A stretch of 64,000 nucleotides of DNA from assembly GCA_051362555.1 (NCBI GenBank), contig CM120641.1, positions 30,758,401 through 30,822,400 of the forward strand, read 5' to 3'. Below are positions 12,341-26,033 of the stretch, piece after piece; within the stretch, counting starts at the first letter, position 1; each line of letters opens with the position of its first letter. The notes beneath the pieces were generated by a model. The model saw only the letters and a program-made list of their open reading frames with translations, was not told where the DNA came from and did no database searches. Source of the stretch: Lingula anatina (lineage: Eukaryota > Animalia > Brachiopoda). Position numbers and translations under genes: made by a program.

Positions 12341-14235
12341 CTTCCTTCCTAACCGCCATCAGATTCACACATAGGATGTAGTACTAGCTGGGTCGGTCCA
12401 ACTCTGCAAGGAATCTTAAGTGCAATCTATGGAATCAGCTTCATTGCCTGCGAACCACTAATCACTCCACCCCCTAGGGACGGTCACACCCCAAGTCACA
12501 CTAATGTAGCCCACCCATGCACCAAAGACTCATGTTCCTTATTCGAATGGTCTAGGGGGAGATGAAATAAATTACGGTAATATATATGTGTACCAGGGAC
12601 AGCCACACCCCAGGTCACAAAAAGAAAAAAAAAAAAAAAAAACCTGCCTATGCACACCCCGACATTTTAGTTTCCTCAACCTAAAGACCTATGGGTATAT
12701 AGCAGAAAATACAATTTAAAGATAATAATCAACCACCCCTAGGTCACCAAAGTCACCAAAAATCCGAAGGACACGTGCACATCCCTAATGGCAAGTTTAA
12801 ATATCCCCAACGTCTCATGTTCCTCACTTTAATGGATAGAGGATACCAGTAACAACGATATAAAAAAATATATACCCCCCCCCCCCCCCCAAAGGACTGC
12901 AAAGTCCCACTACTAAAGGTAGATGGCAGAAATTACGATGTAAAAATTACAATCAACCACAATAACAAACAACCATAATTCTGAATAAATATCAATCTAC
13001 AAGCCTGTTGATCTCGCAGATCAACTACGTTAGTTAGGCTGCTAAACAACGAGTAGGCCTCCCCCCCCTCCGAACGCCTTATTAACAGGTTTCCAAATGC
13101 AGACTGTGCCGCAGATAATACTTTCGGGTCAAATGAGAGCCAGCCAAGGGCACATTTCGGGGACACCATTGATCACATCATGATGGACATTCACAGGTGT
13201 AGGACCAGAACAGAGCATCTCGGAAACCAAGGGGCAGACGTAAATCATTACACTTGCGCGTGTCTTTCCTCATGGAAAAATTAGTCTTATAATCCAGTAA
13301 CCTATGCGTAAATTATGTTTTCATAGCCTGGTTTACCTGATCCATTAGTTTTATGCATCAAGCGGATCTGGGAAGGGAGGGCCCAGGGGGTCTGCACCCC
13401 CTTTTCTTCAACGCTGACCATAATGTCCCATAATGTACTGATTTTTAGAAATACTGAATCCTCACCTACATACGCCTGTGTATTTTAAAATTACTCAAAA
13501 CATGCATCCAATACCACAAAAGAAACCCTATTCAGTCATACAAGTGAATTAAAACGTACAGTTTACCTATTTTGGATAATATTTACAGTACAAAAACATT
13601 ATATTTCAAAAACGTTCTCTCTCATAGCGTTGGGCCAACAACAGGTACTATTTCACCATTATCCCATGAAGTCGCAGGCAATATCTTATGTGGAGATGAA
13701 GTCGCAATTTATCCTATGAAGTCGATTTGACAGTAAAATCAGAGCATTTATCCCATGAAGTGGTAATATACCATGAAGTATCTTAACAAACGTCTTTTTA
13801 GATTTAAATACCGATAGATCCGATTTTTTACCGCCGTCCTATAAATTTGCGTTCCTATAGATACGACGTCCTCATAAACCCACGTCCTTTAAATCCGCAT
13901 ACCTATAGATCCACGTATTTTTAGATCCAAATACCGATAGATCCATTACAGGTACACTATTGCTCAAAATGGTTGGTATACTACTCAGTACATAAAATGC
14001 ACTGTTTAAAATGAGAGTACACATATTAATCCTTTCAGCAATTTATTATTCTACTATAGATCGTTTTTACGCAATACTCGGGTAATTTACATTAGGCCTA
14101 CTAATGCATTATCTGACAGAAATTTATGATTTCACTAGATGTTTTGTTATTTTCATGTTACATTCATTTAGTTTTGATTACGAAGGCTTCTGACAGGAAC
14201 CTAAGATTATATATTTTTTCATAGCGATTAATCCA

Positions 14236-14282
<47 letters not shown>

Positions 14283-14974
14283 TTTTGACCGTCTTCCGAC
14301 AGAAAAAATTAGATACCCGTCAATGTAAACCTGAAAATCTGACCGTCTTCCGGAAGACCCAGAAGACGGCCTAAATCCGCCCCTGCAATGAAGTAAATGA
14401 TAGTAAACGATAGTAAAGACGTGTAGACGCGAACGTACATGTAGGCCTATGTCTTGTTTGAACACCTAATAAATATATATAAATAAATAATTATCAGGTT
14501 GTAATTAAGTCATCTCACTGAGTGGGTCAGTACTCGCATCCAGACTATCTCTCGAAAGCCTCATACCTGTATCTCAAGTTTATATCGGCATTTTAGCCGA
14601 TTAATTACGATGTCAGATAGATGGATCTAGCGGTACCTGGATCTAAAGATACGTGGGTTTATAGGAAACTGTTGGTGGATCTATCGGAACGTAAATTTAA
14701 CAAAACGTAAATCTATGGAGACGTGTATGTATTGACAAGCAGTTTTTAGTTTTACTACAATAACAGCCGTTTTAGTGGTGAAATGCGATATATTATATAT
14801 TTCCATGTGTTGTTTAGAATGTATTACTTGCGGAATTTTGAATCTCAAAGGAAGAGTTATTATTGCTTTAACATAGTTTCGATCAGGGCTTTTTCCAGGG
14901 TTTGGGGTGCAGGGTCCACTTATTGTAAATCTGAAATTTGATAACAGATTCACATGAAGTTTAACCAAGTCTTT

Positions 14975-15011
<37 letters not shown>

Positions 15012-15182
15012 GGGGGGGGGGGCAGTGTTATATTATCTTATTAAAATATTCAAAATTTTTAATATTTGAATAAATTTCATTAAAAATGGAAGAATATTCA
15101 TTCTATAATAGTTTACTTATATTAATGTCACAAATTTTAAATTTTTTAAATTGAAATTGCTTTCTTCAATTTGCTTTCTTTG

Positions 15183-17731
15183 ATGTGTCTGTACATATAG
15201 CCGTCATCTGCGTCTGCCGTCGCACTGATAACACGATAAGTGAAGAACCCTTTTACCTTTTTGTTTGAAACTTACAGAACTGATGAATATTTATAATATG
15301 CAGGTCAAGTTCGAAATTCAGCATGATCCGGTCATTTTTATGGAAGTTATGATGTTTTTTCACTTTTGTCAACATATATGCAATACAGATAATGCGATAA
15401 GTGAAGCACCCTTTTACCTTTTGGCTTGAAACTTACAGAACTGATGAATATTCATAACACGCAGGTCAAGTTCAAAATTCATTATGATCCGGCCATTTTT
15501 AGGGAAGTTATCATGTTTTTTTTTTTCAAATTTTTCAGCTTTTTTATAACATGGATAACAAGATAAGTGTAAAAATGTTTTTCCTTTTGGATTGAAACTG
15601 ATGAATATTCATAATACGCAGGTCAAGTTCGAAAATTGGCTTGATTGGACTATTTTTACAACAGTTATGCTGTCTTTTTCCCTTATTCAGCATATATGCA
15701 ACACTGATAACACATTTTAAGGAAAACCAATCAGCCTTTTGTCTTGCATCTCACAGCAGTGATTAGTCTGACTAGTATACAGATCAAGTTTGAAAATAAG
15801 CTTGATCAGTTAAATTTTGATGAAGTTATTAGCCTTTTTGTATGTAAGTGTTTTTTTCTTCAGATTTAATTCTTAGGCATGTTAACAGTCTCATTATGGA
15901 ACTAATTAGATATGTAAAAGTGTTGTTTTGACATTTTCTGCTTCTTAACAATATTGTTAGGTGATTATATAAAAATGACGGTAAACCTGTTATTGTGCAT
16001 TGTGTAATAAAGTATCAAAAATGGAAAGGAACTCATCATTGCAGTTTGTCAGATTCAATAATTCACTATGTTCAGAATCTGCAAATGGAGCAAATTGGAC
16101 ATTTAAAATTGTTCTATTGATATTTTTCCTATGTCAACAATTTTCCTAGTTGATCATTTAAAAATGACAGTAAATTGATTATTTTGTTTTATGTCAAAAA
16201 GGTGTTGAAAATGGAAAGAAAATTATTTCAGTACAGTTATCTCTTGTTAACATTTTGGCATTTTGAATGTGTGACTCTGAATTTCCATGGTCTTGAAGAC
16301 CTTCCCATATCACATTTTCTGAATATTCATGATACTCTTACTTTTTTTATAAAAAATTGATGGTCATTATGCTGTTAAGTATTATGTTATATTGCATGAA
16401 AGTTGAAGAAACCCCTATTTTGGACACTGCTGCCAGGATAGCGATTAAGGGAAAACCATGTTACTTATGATACTCAAATTTACTGAAAAGTTTCATAAGA
16501 CTGAAGAGCAGCTTGTGTTGGAAAACCAGTGTGATTGTTTTCTGTTTTGGAAGCAATGCAGTTCTATAGAGTGCACTATGGTGCAATAAATGTATATGGA
16601 TAGTGGGCAGTATATTAATTCGGGATCACAAAGTAATTTGCTTAATTAATTTTCAAGTTGTTTTAGGGTTATAAAGTAATTTGCTTAATTAATTTTCAAG
16701 TGGACATTAAATGAGATTACATAAAACACACGTTGAGATTTCATTTTAAAGTCCCCTGGGTTTATCTCTCTTAACTGTGTCACATAAATAGGAATCGATG
16801 ATTATTATGCAGGTAAATGTTAGTCATGTTAGTAATTACACAGCTAGATTAAAAGTTTGAATAGCAGCTTTATTGGAATTTTTTTGTTATGTTTTATTTA
16901 ACATTTTCTTTTAATTATTTTTCAAACACTAGCATCTTCAAGATATCACTCGTGACTCCCATCCACCAGAAGCACTGTGCATTTTCTGTTTTTCCACATA
17001 AGGAGTTGTGTTGGTTTTTATGTCTTTAAACATTGAGTAATTATATTATTTTATGCACTGTCATCTTTTTTCACATATTGGAATTTTCATTATGTGAATT
17101 TGAACTCTCACATATGGTCCTGAAACTGTAATCTTATTGACCATGTTATTCTGTTGTACATTTTGTGAAATTTTTATCTTTCACATACTGGCATTTTCAT
17201 TGTGGGACTTATAACTCCAAAGGGCATGTAACAGTTAACTTTTATTGATACTACCTGTTGTGCAATATTTGCAACTTGACTGTTCTTTTTGGCAAATAAT
17301 TAATTTTTTTTCTAAAAAGTGTTTTTTTTTGTGTTATAATCTCTTAAGAAATTATTACAAAGTATAGCCATCTATGGAGGTCACATGGTCTGATGACAAG
17401 TTCAGATATCAGAATAATAGCTATGACTGCCCTTTTTGTAGTAAAACAAAATATATTATATTTCTGTGAGTTGTTTACACTGTTTAAACTTTAGTTGGAT
17501 GATACATATCATGGTTATGCAGCTAGACTGAATGGCAGCTTTAGTGGAATATTTTTGTAATTTTTTCTTTAATTTTTAATTTTTCAAACTGGCATTTTCA
17601 AGATGTGACTTATCACTCCCATCCACCAGGAGCCCTGTACTGTTACTTTGTAACATTGTCTGTATTTTTTTAACTTACAAGAATGATTCTTAGGATTGAC
17701 ATACAGCCCAAATAAGAAAAACAGCTCTATT

Positions 17732-17802
<71 letters not shown>

Positions 17803-18297
17803 GAGTTTAAGCATTTTTTTTTTTTTTTGTGAAATTTTCACTTTATCTCGTTCTGGCATTTCCAAAGTTTAACTCTTGTCAGCCTGAAGCCTTAGGGACT
17901 ATTTCCAGACCCTATCACACTAACTGTGGATCGATCTATCTCCAAGGGAATTCTCGCTAAATTGCAATCAATGTAAGTGGCTTAGCTGTTTGTCACCCCT
18001 ACTGAAACTGGCATGCCAGAATCCTAAGCCGCTTAAGCTGAAAGCAATTTAGTGAGAAACCCCTTGGAGTTGGATTGATCCTGTTAGATTGATCTAGGTA
18101 TGAGAACTCAGTCTAATGCTTGTTACAAATTTTACTTTCATCCTAATCCACTGTTATGCAGAATTAGAATTTGATGTTGGCTATGCAGTTACAGTAAGCA
18201 TAATATATTAGTGCATCAAAATTGACAGTATCCTATTTTCTGCGTTTTTATTTTCTGGTTTTTGTCTGTACATTTGACAGCTTTGCTGCCTTGTTTT
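15183..18297 (+). mobile_element. HINE-like family A copy with nested insertions
   Basis: 5' gatgtgtctgtacatatagccgtc, about 3.5 160-bp units, body colinear with the 29-33 kb copy, and 3' tgtctgtacatttgacagctttgctgccttgtttt. Confidence 0.8.
17895..18113. mobile_element. Tourist/Harbinger-like palindromic MITE nested in HINE A
   Basis: Inverted arms ccaagggaattctcgctaaattgc / gcaatttagtgagaaaccccttgg, flanked by tta/taa. The empty site gaagccttatgcttgttac is present at about 1240. Confidence 0.6.
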
Positions 18298-20483
18298 AAT
18301 ATACAGTATGAATTAAATAAAATCAGTCATTTAAAAAATTCCCCCTTTTTATTTAAATTCTCATATTTTTATTACTAATTTTCTTCCTTACATCAATACC
18401 ACACTGGTATATGATAGCATTGCTTATTTATCAAATTCCAGCACCAAAATTTGAACTGTAAATAACACAGGTGGTGCTAGAGTCATAAAATAAAACAAAT
18501 AATGCAAAATTTTAGGCTATGCAAATAAACAACATTTCAACAAGATCTTCAGTACCAAAGTTTGAATTTCCAACTTCATATGGTTGTGAGGAGATAGCGT
18601 GCAACACATCTGATTGACAGGCAGTATGCCTTTACAACAAACTAGATACATCCAGTCCAATCTGGCTGTTGTACCCAGTACTTGTGTAGTTTCCATTTAA
18701 GGAATGGTCTTTGTTACTAGAGCACTTAGATTTTTAAGCAAATAAATATTCAGTATTCAGCCTGTTATGTGGATAAATTTTGTCTTGTGAAGTTCTGGAA
18801 GGTGTTCACTTTCATAATTTGGTGGTAAGTTTGCTTAGACTTCGTTTTGGGACCACATGTTTTGTACCAAATGTAGGCCACTCTTTTCAATGCAATCCAA
18901 GAAGAGAGTATGCAACAAAAATTTCGTTTTCAAGATTTTTGTTCTTTTAAAGTTCTAATAAAACATAACCTGTTCGTCGGACAGCCCACCCTGCAAATTC
19001 ACTAGTCCGAACTGAATTTTTACTTGTGGAGCCCTGCTTTGGTGTCATCATACACTTTATTTGACTGTCTGATACCTTCCTGTGTTCTTTTCTTACGTGC
19101 TGGGGCATCACATACATTATTAGCACCAAAATACTTACAGAGGGTAGACTGCGACAGGGGTAATCCTGACTGCGACTTAGGCGCAATCTTGTATAATTCA
19201 CGTGCGTCGTGACGTCATTCAATTAATTTTTTTATGAGAAAGACATCGTACAATTATAATTACAGATTATAGAAGAAGCAAAACTTAAACTGTGTAATTA
19301 GACGAGATTGTGTGAATTTGAATGACCACACATCGTTCGTCACTTGTCTCAGAAACAAGCATATAAATGCTGTGTTTGATACTTTGTATCAGATGTTTCA
19401 TAATACAGGTCTTTGCATTAGGCATGCAGGGAACACATTGAATAACCATGTACTTTCGGTTTTCGTTCATTTTTTGAGTGTGTCGATTTCTTGAAGGGCT
19501 AGCCTCATTGTTTTCGTTTTATTTCAGCCAAATGTGCTTAATATGAACGTACATATTGATATACAATTATTTTAGAGGCCAGAAAATGGCCAGACCGACG
19601 GACTGGCAACTTTTGGAAAGAGACCGCCCGGGTGACAATTGAGCCGTCCTGGGCTGCCGGTCCTTATTTCCTACCCTGCCTTAAGGTTGAAAAAAAAGTG
19701 TTGATTGCTATTGATATTTATCAATGGTTGCCATGAAAATAATGGATGAATTATAGAAAATAATATCTTGTCAGATTTTTCTTGGCATACTGTAACTTTC
19801 CAGAAAATTTCAAATGGATATTTTACTCCATTCAAAAGTTATGCCAATTTTGTTTTATTTATTGGGCAATGAGGTGACACTTTTGGCTTCCACTGTTACA
19901 TATATGCTTGGATACCAGACTTTTTCAAAATTTTGTGGGCGACTAGCATTCTTTTTAATTTAATAACTTTTTATTGGCTTGCTTGATTTCCAAAAAATAA
20001 AATGTTTTGGAAAGCTCACGAATTTTTCTATCACATAAGATCCTTTTGGCTGATATTTATCTTACTATCAAAGTTGACCTGACCTCTCTAGTGGAATGAA
20101 ACAAGGCAAGATCTAGATCATCAATATGCCCTACAAATAACTGTTAAAGGGATAACAACTGGTTGTTTTGGCAAAGAAAGTATATACCTGGGGAAAACAA
20201 TGATTTTCCAAAAATCCCATACCCATACTGACAAATGTTTAATTAATCCATTCCAACATTCAAAGCTAGTCCATGTTTTTTTTTTCTAAAAAGTTTTTTT
20301 CTGGTAATAATCTGTAAAGTGATTCTTACGGAGGCATAAACAGCCACCTGGTTTGTTGACAAGCATTGTAAAGTCTGCTACTGAAGAAAATGTGGTGCTT
20401 CATTAAATATGTTCATATTATTTCAAGGTTGAATAAAATTTTATATATAAATGCCAAAATAAGATGTTGTAATGATCTACATA

Positions 20484-20660
20484 CTGTATGTTCTTGCAGA
20501 GTTTTCGAGAATGGATGAAAGTGAACATGTTGGCTTTAAATGATAGTATGACTTAGTTGATATGGTTTACATCAATGATCAAGGCAAATAGGAAAAATGC
20601 AGCAAATGCCAACATTGCATAGGACATCTTCTTATAAAACCATCTAGTTCTGTAAAAGAG
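20484..20660 (+). mobile_element. L2/CR1 LINE RT fragment (duplicate of 23920-24545 lacking the MITE)
   Basis: Encodes EWMKVNMLALND and KPSSSVK; near-identical to the downstream LINE fragment. Confidence 0.7.
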
Positions 20661-20814
20661 TGCCAAAATATGATGTTGTAATGATCTGCACATTGCTTTA
20701 TGAAATAGTTTTTTTTTCATGAGATTTTCTTCTTTTACTTTCAGGGACTCCCGGCTACTGAATTTCCAGGAAATAGGATATATGCTACATGAAAGATCTA
20801 GGGTTCAGATCCAG

Positions 20815-23705
20815 ACTGCCATGATGCTGTCAGACTTGGTTGTCCAGCCATGTAGCTGGCAGATTGGGTTGTCCTACTATTCTGATGTCAGTCTCCGTTA
20901 TCCTGCCATGTTCTGGCAGTCTCAGTTGTCCTGACATGTTGGCAGTCTCGGTTGTCCAGTCATGATGCTGGCAGACTTGGTTGTCCTGCCAGGGTTCTCG
21001 CAGATTCGACTGTCCTGTCATTCTGATGGCAGGTTCGGCTGTCCTGCCATGAAACTGACAGTCTCGGTTGTCCTGCCATCTTCTGGCAGTCTCAGTTGTC
21101 TTGCCATGTAGCTGGCAGACATTGGTTGTTCTGCCAGAGTTCTCACAGATTTGGCTGTTCTGTCATTCTGATGGCAGGTTCGGCTGTCCTGCCATGAAAC
21201 TGGCAGTCTACGTGGTCCTGCCATGAACCTGGCAGTCTACGTGGTCCTGCCATGTTCTGGCAGTCTCGGTTGTCCTGCCATGTTCTGGCAGTCACAGTTG
21301 TCTTGCCATTTAGCTGACAGACATTGGTTGTCCTGCCAGCGTTCTCGCAGATTCGGCTGTCCTGTCATTCTGATGGCAGGTTCAGCTGACCTGCAATGAA
21401 ACTGGCAGTCTACGTGGTCCTGCCATGTTCTGGCATTCTCGGTTGTCCTGCCATGTTCTGGCAGTCTCAGTTGTCTTGCCATGTAGCTGGCAGACATTGG
21501 TTGTCCTGCCAGCGTTCTCACATATTCGGCTGTCCTGTCATTCTGATGGCAGGTTCGGCTGTCCTGCCATGAACCTGGCAGTTTACGTGGTCATGCCATG
21601 TTCTGGCAGTCTCGGTTGTCCTGTCATGTTCTGGCAGTCTCAGTTGTCTTGCCATTTAGCTGGCAGACATTGGTTGTCCTGCCAGCGTTCTCGCAGATTT
21701 GGCTGTCCTGGCATTCTGATGGCAGGTTCGGCTGACCTTCCATGAAACTGGCAGTCTACGTGGTCCTGCCATGTTCTGGCAGTCTCGGTTGTCCTGCCAT
21801 GTTCTGGCAGTCTCAGTTGTCTTGCCATGTAGCTGGCAGACATTGGTTGTCCTGCCAGAGTTCTCGCAGATTCAGCTGTCCTGGCATTCTGATGGCAGGT
21901 TCGGCTGTCCTGCCATGAAACTGGCAGTCTACGTGGTCCTGCCATGTTCTGGCAGTCTCGGTTGTCCTGCCATGTTCTGGCAGTCTCAGTTGTCTTGCCA
22001 TGTAGCTGGCAGACATTGGTTGTCCTGCCAGAGTTCTCGCAGATTCGGCTGTCCTGTCATTCTGATGGCAGGTTTGGCTGTCCTGCCATGAAACTGGCAG
22101 TCTACGTGGTCCTGCCATGTTCTGGCAGTCTCGGTCGTCCTGCCATGTTCTGGCAGTCTCAGTCGTCCTGCCATCATTTTCGCAGACTTGGCTGTCCTGC
22201 CATAAAGCTGCAATGTTGGTTGACCTTTCCATTTTCTGGCAGTTTCAATTGTCTTCCTGTGCTTTGATAGACTTGATTGACCTGTCAAGGTGCTGGCAGA
22301 ATTGGTTGTCCATTCATGATGCTGGTAAGCTTGTTTGTTCTGCCATGATACTGGCAGCCTCAGTTGTCCTGCCATGTTATTGGCATTTAAGGTCATCCTG
22401 CCATGATGCTGGCAGTCCTGGTTGTCCTGCCATGACATTGGAAGTCATGGTAGTCCTGCCATGACATTGGCAGTCTCGGTTGTCCTGCCATGACATTGGC
22501 AGTCCCGGTCTTCCTGCCATGACATTGGCAGTCTCGGTTGTCCTGCCATGACATTGGCAGTCTCGGTTGTCCTGCCATGTTCTGGCAGTCTCAGTTGTCT
22601 TGCCATGTAGCTGGCAGACATTGGTTGTCCTGCCAGCGTTCTCACAGATTCGGCTGTCCTGTCATTCTGATGGCAGGTTCGGCTGTCCTGCCATGAAACT
22701 GGCAGTCTACGTGGTCCTGCCATGTTCTGGCAGTCTCGGTCGTCCTGCCATGTTCTGGCAGTCTCAGTCGTCCTGCCATCATTTTCGCAGACTTGGCTGT
22801 CCTGCCATAAAGCTGCAATGTTGGTTGCCTTTCCATTTTCTGGCAGTTTCAATTGTCTTCCTGTGCTTTGATAGACTTGATTGACCTGTCAAGGTGCTGG
22901 CAGAATTGGTTGTCCATTCATGATGCTGGTAAGCTTGTTTGCTCTGCCATGATACTGGCAGCCTCAGTTGTCCTGCCATGTTATTGGCATTTAAGGTCAT
23001 CCTGCCATGATGCTGGCAGTCCTGGTTGTCCTGCCATGACATTGGAAGTCATGGTAGTCCTGCCATGACATTGGCAGTCTCGGTTGTCCTGCCATGACAT
23101 TGGCAGTCCCGGTCTTCCTGCCATGACATTGGCAGTCTCGGTTGTCCTGCCATGACATTGGCAGTCTCGGTTGTCCTGCCATGACATTGGCAGTCTCGGT
23201 TGTCCTGCCATGACATTGGCAGTATCGGTTGTCCTGCCATGACATTGGCAGTCCCGGTCTTCCTGCCATGACATTGGCAGTCTCGGTTGTCCTGCCATGC
23301 CATTGGCAGTCTCAGTCGTCCTGCCATGACATTGGCAGTCTCGGTCGTCCTGCCATGACATTGGCAGTCCCGGTCGTCCTGCCATCACATTGGCAGTCCC
23401 AGTCGTCCTGCCATCACATTGGCAGTCTCGGTCGTCCTGCCATGTTCTGGCAGTCTCGGTCATCCTGCCATGTTCTGGCAGTCTCAGTGGTCCTGCCATG
23501 TTCTGGCAGTCTCGGTTGTCCTGCCATGATGCTGGCAGTCTCGGTGGTCCTGCCATGATCTGGCAGTCTTGGTGGTCCTGCTATGTTCTGGCAGTCTCGG
23601 TTGTCCTGCCATGTTCTGGCAGTCACGGTTGTCCTGCCATGTTCTGGCAGTCTTGATGGTCCTACTATGTTCTGGCAGTCTCGGCTGTCCTGCAATGATG
23701 ATGGC
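20815..23705. repeat. 28/29-bp minisatellite with 173-bp higher-order repeat
   Basis: Monomers ctgccatgttctggcagtctcggttgtc (28 bp) and ctgccatgacattggcagtctcggttgtc (29 bp). A 173-bp period (21771/21944/22117) and a ~604-bp block duplication are visible. Confidence 0.95.
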
Positions 23706-23799
23706 AGTTTTTGTGGTTCTCCTACGAAGCCGTTAGTCTTGGCTGCCCTCCCTTGATGCTATGTTAATTAAGTCCAATCCTATTCGCATTATTATACAT

Positions 23800-24860
23800 G
23801 TAACCTGTAGAAAATATCATACTTTAACATGATCTGAACACTGTCATTTTTGCAGCTGACATACAAGTTTATGCTACATGCAAGAGCAACCAGTCTGCAA
23901 CAATCACTCCTATGGAGGATTGTCTTGCAGAGTTTTCGAGTAATGGATGAAAGTGAACATGTTGGCTTTAAATGATACTAAGGTCGAGTTGATATGGTTT
24001 ACATCTACCCTCGCCCAGGACTGCAGTTATTATTGTGGACATATTTGATGAGGCGACCCTGTTATGTTTGGCCAGGAGGAAACAATTAATTCTGCACGCA
24101 GGCAGAAGGCTTTGTACTTGCTCTGCAGAACCTCAATGAGAGCTGGGCTTTGCGCCAATATGATTAACACTTGTTATGCAACCTGCCTTGTCTTGTCTTT
24201 CTGTTAAAGGGCTGTTTTATTGTCACAGATGAGCAATTCACTATCTTGATTACTGTCAAGGGGACTTTGCAGGGACTTGCCAATTGACCGTGCCTGAGTA
24301 GTTATGCAAACATTTACAAGCCATGTAATCATCCTTGAGATTTCAGTACAGGATGACATCAGACCAAAATGATCGTCTACTTATCTAGAGATGTATCTGT
24401 GAATATCTGTGGAAAATCAATCTGTTGCCCAGCAGCCCTGGTAGAGGGTGGTTTACATCAAGGTTCAAAGCAAATAGGAAAAATGCAGCAAATGCCAACA
24501 TTTGCATAGATGTTCTTATAAAACCATCTAGTTCTGTAAAAGATCTGGTAGTTACCCTCAATGAAAATGGCACTGTGTGGGGAAGCATGTATCTGAAGTG
24601 TGTAAATCAGCATCTTATGCACATTGGAAAAGTAAGAAAAGTGTTATATAACAAACCACTGAAAAATAAGTAAATACATTTTAAAAAATCATCAAGATAA
24701 GATTACTGCAAGTCTCCTCTTTGGTACATGTGACTATTAGATTTAAAAAATTAATTACAAGTTATTCAAAACTCGGCTGCAAAACTGGTTTGTCAAATAA
24801 AGTGCAATAGTACACATCATATAACTCCCATTCTGAAAGGATTACAATGGCTGCCATTGA
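23800..24860 (+). mobile_element. Degenerate L2/CR1-clade LINE reverse transcriptase C-terminal fragment
   Basis: ADIQVY (YADDTQ-like), WMKVNMLALNDTKVELIWF, PSSSVKDL, SR*DYC, LQVIQNSAAKLV and HITPILKGLQWLP motifs in order. Confidence 0.85.
24005..24451. mobile_element. MITE inserted in the LINE fragment
   Basis: TIR ctaccctcgcccaggactgc / gcagccctggtagagggtgg with TSD tttacat. The empty site is visible at about 20565. Confidence 0.8.
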
Positions 24861-25993
24861 AGCCATCCAGCTAGCAGTCTCGGTTGTCCCGCTATGTTCT
24901 GGAAGTTTCAGTTGTCCTGCCATGATGCTGGCAGTCACTTGTCTTGCCATGTTTTGGCAGTCTCGGTTGTCCTGCCATGCTGCTTGCAGTCTTGGTTATC
25001 CTGTGATGCTCAAATTAGAAAACCAGTTCTATAGGATTATCTTTTTTTCATTAAATTTTTAATATTTTTGAAATATTTTCATTTTTCTTATTCTGGCATT
25101 TTCAAAGTGTGTACTTGAACTCTCAATAGCCTGAACATTTTGGTTTTTTTACATTTGATTAAAATCAGTTTTATCTGTTGTGCATTTTTCAGGGAGTGGT
25201 TACAAGGCAGCAAGAGAACTGGTATAGACCTGTCATTCGGGATTAATTAGTGATTCATGTCATCCAGTGATTCATGTCTAGATGTCTTACCAGTACACCT
25301 GTGGCAGAGTACCCCAGAATGGACCTTTTTCTGACAAAAAGGGCAGTTCTTTCAAACCCCCGAACCCCCCTGGCTACAGGCCTGTTACCTGACAGCAGCA
25401 GCCAGCAAACAAAGCCACGTGTTATCCTTTCCACCTTACTTAACTGCAGGCAATCCGTCAATAGAGAGTGCAGTGAAAAAATTACAAATGGTTTAAAATT
25501 AACATCTAATATGTAGTATGCATTTTCAACTGAGAACAAAATTATTAAAGGCATTTCTTCATCTGAATCATAAATGGTACCAGACAGTACCAGAAGCAAT
25601 ATACTGTTTATACTATACTGTTAATATTCCTGTTTATATTCCTCCAATGAAATGTAGATTATGTATTTGTAAAAAACACATCAACTTATTAGCTCTTGGT
25701 AGTTTTCATGCAGCCTGGTTTTGGTTGAAATAAAAATTTTCCTCGTGTACTCTTAGATATGAATCTGCACTTAAGTGTGAAACTGAGTGATCCTGATGAC
25801 CACAGTGTACAGCTCTTCATATCTTTTGTGATCTTATGTGGGCAGTTTACCTCTATGACATATACTAGTATATATATGAACAATGAACAGTTCACTTAAT
25901 AATGTGATGCTCGTATAGACCAATATATATCTTGATCATAAAGTTTATTGTTTACATTGCATAATTTAGTCTTTTACAAAGCCTTTTTCTGTT

Positions 25994-26033
<40 letters not shown>

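Noticed and set aside
20719-23695. Many overlapping ORFs (MAGQPRLP/WQDNRDCQ repeats) and a CRISPR-like look
   Set aside because: They arise from a 28/29-bp minisatellite that shifts frame every unit. There are no unique spacers and no cas genes, and the context is eukaryotic.
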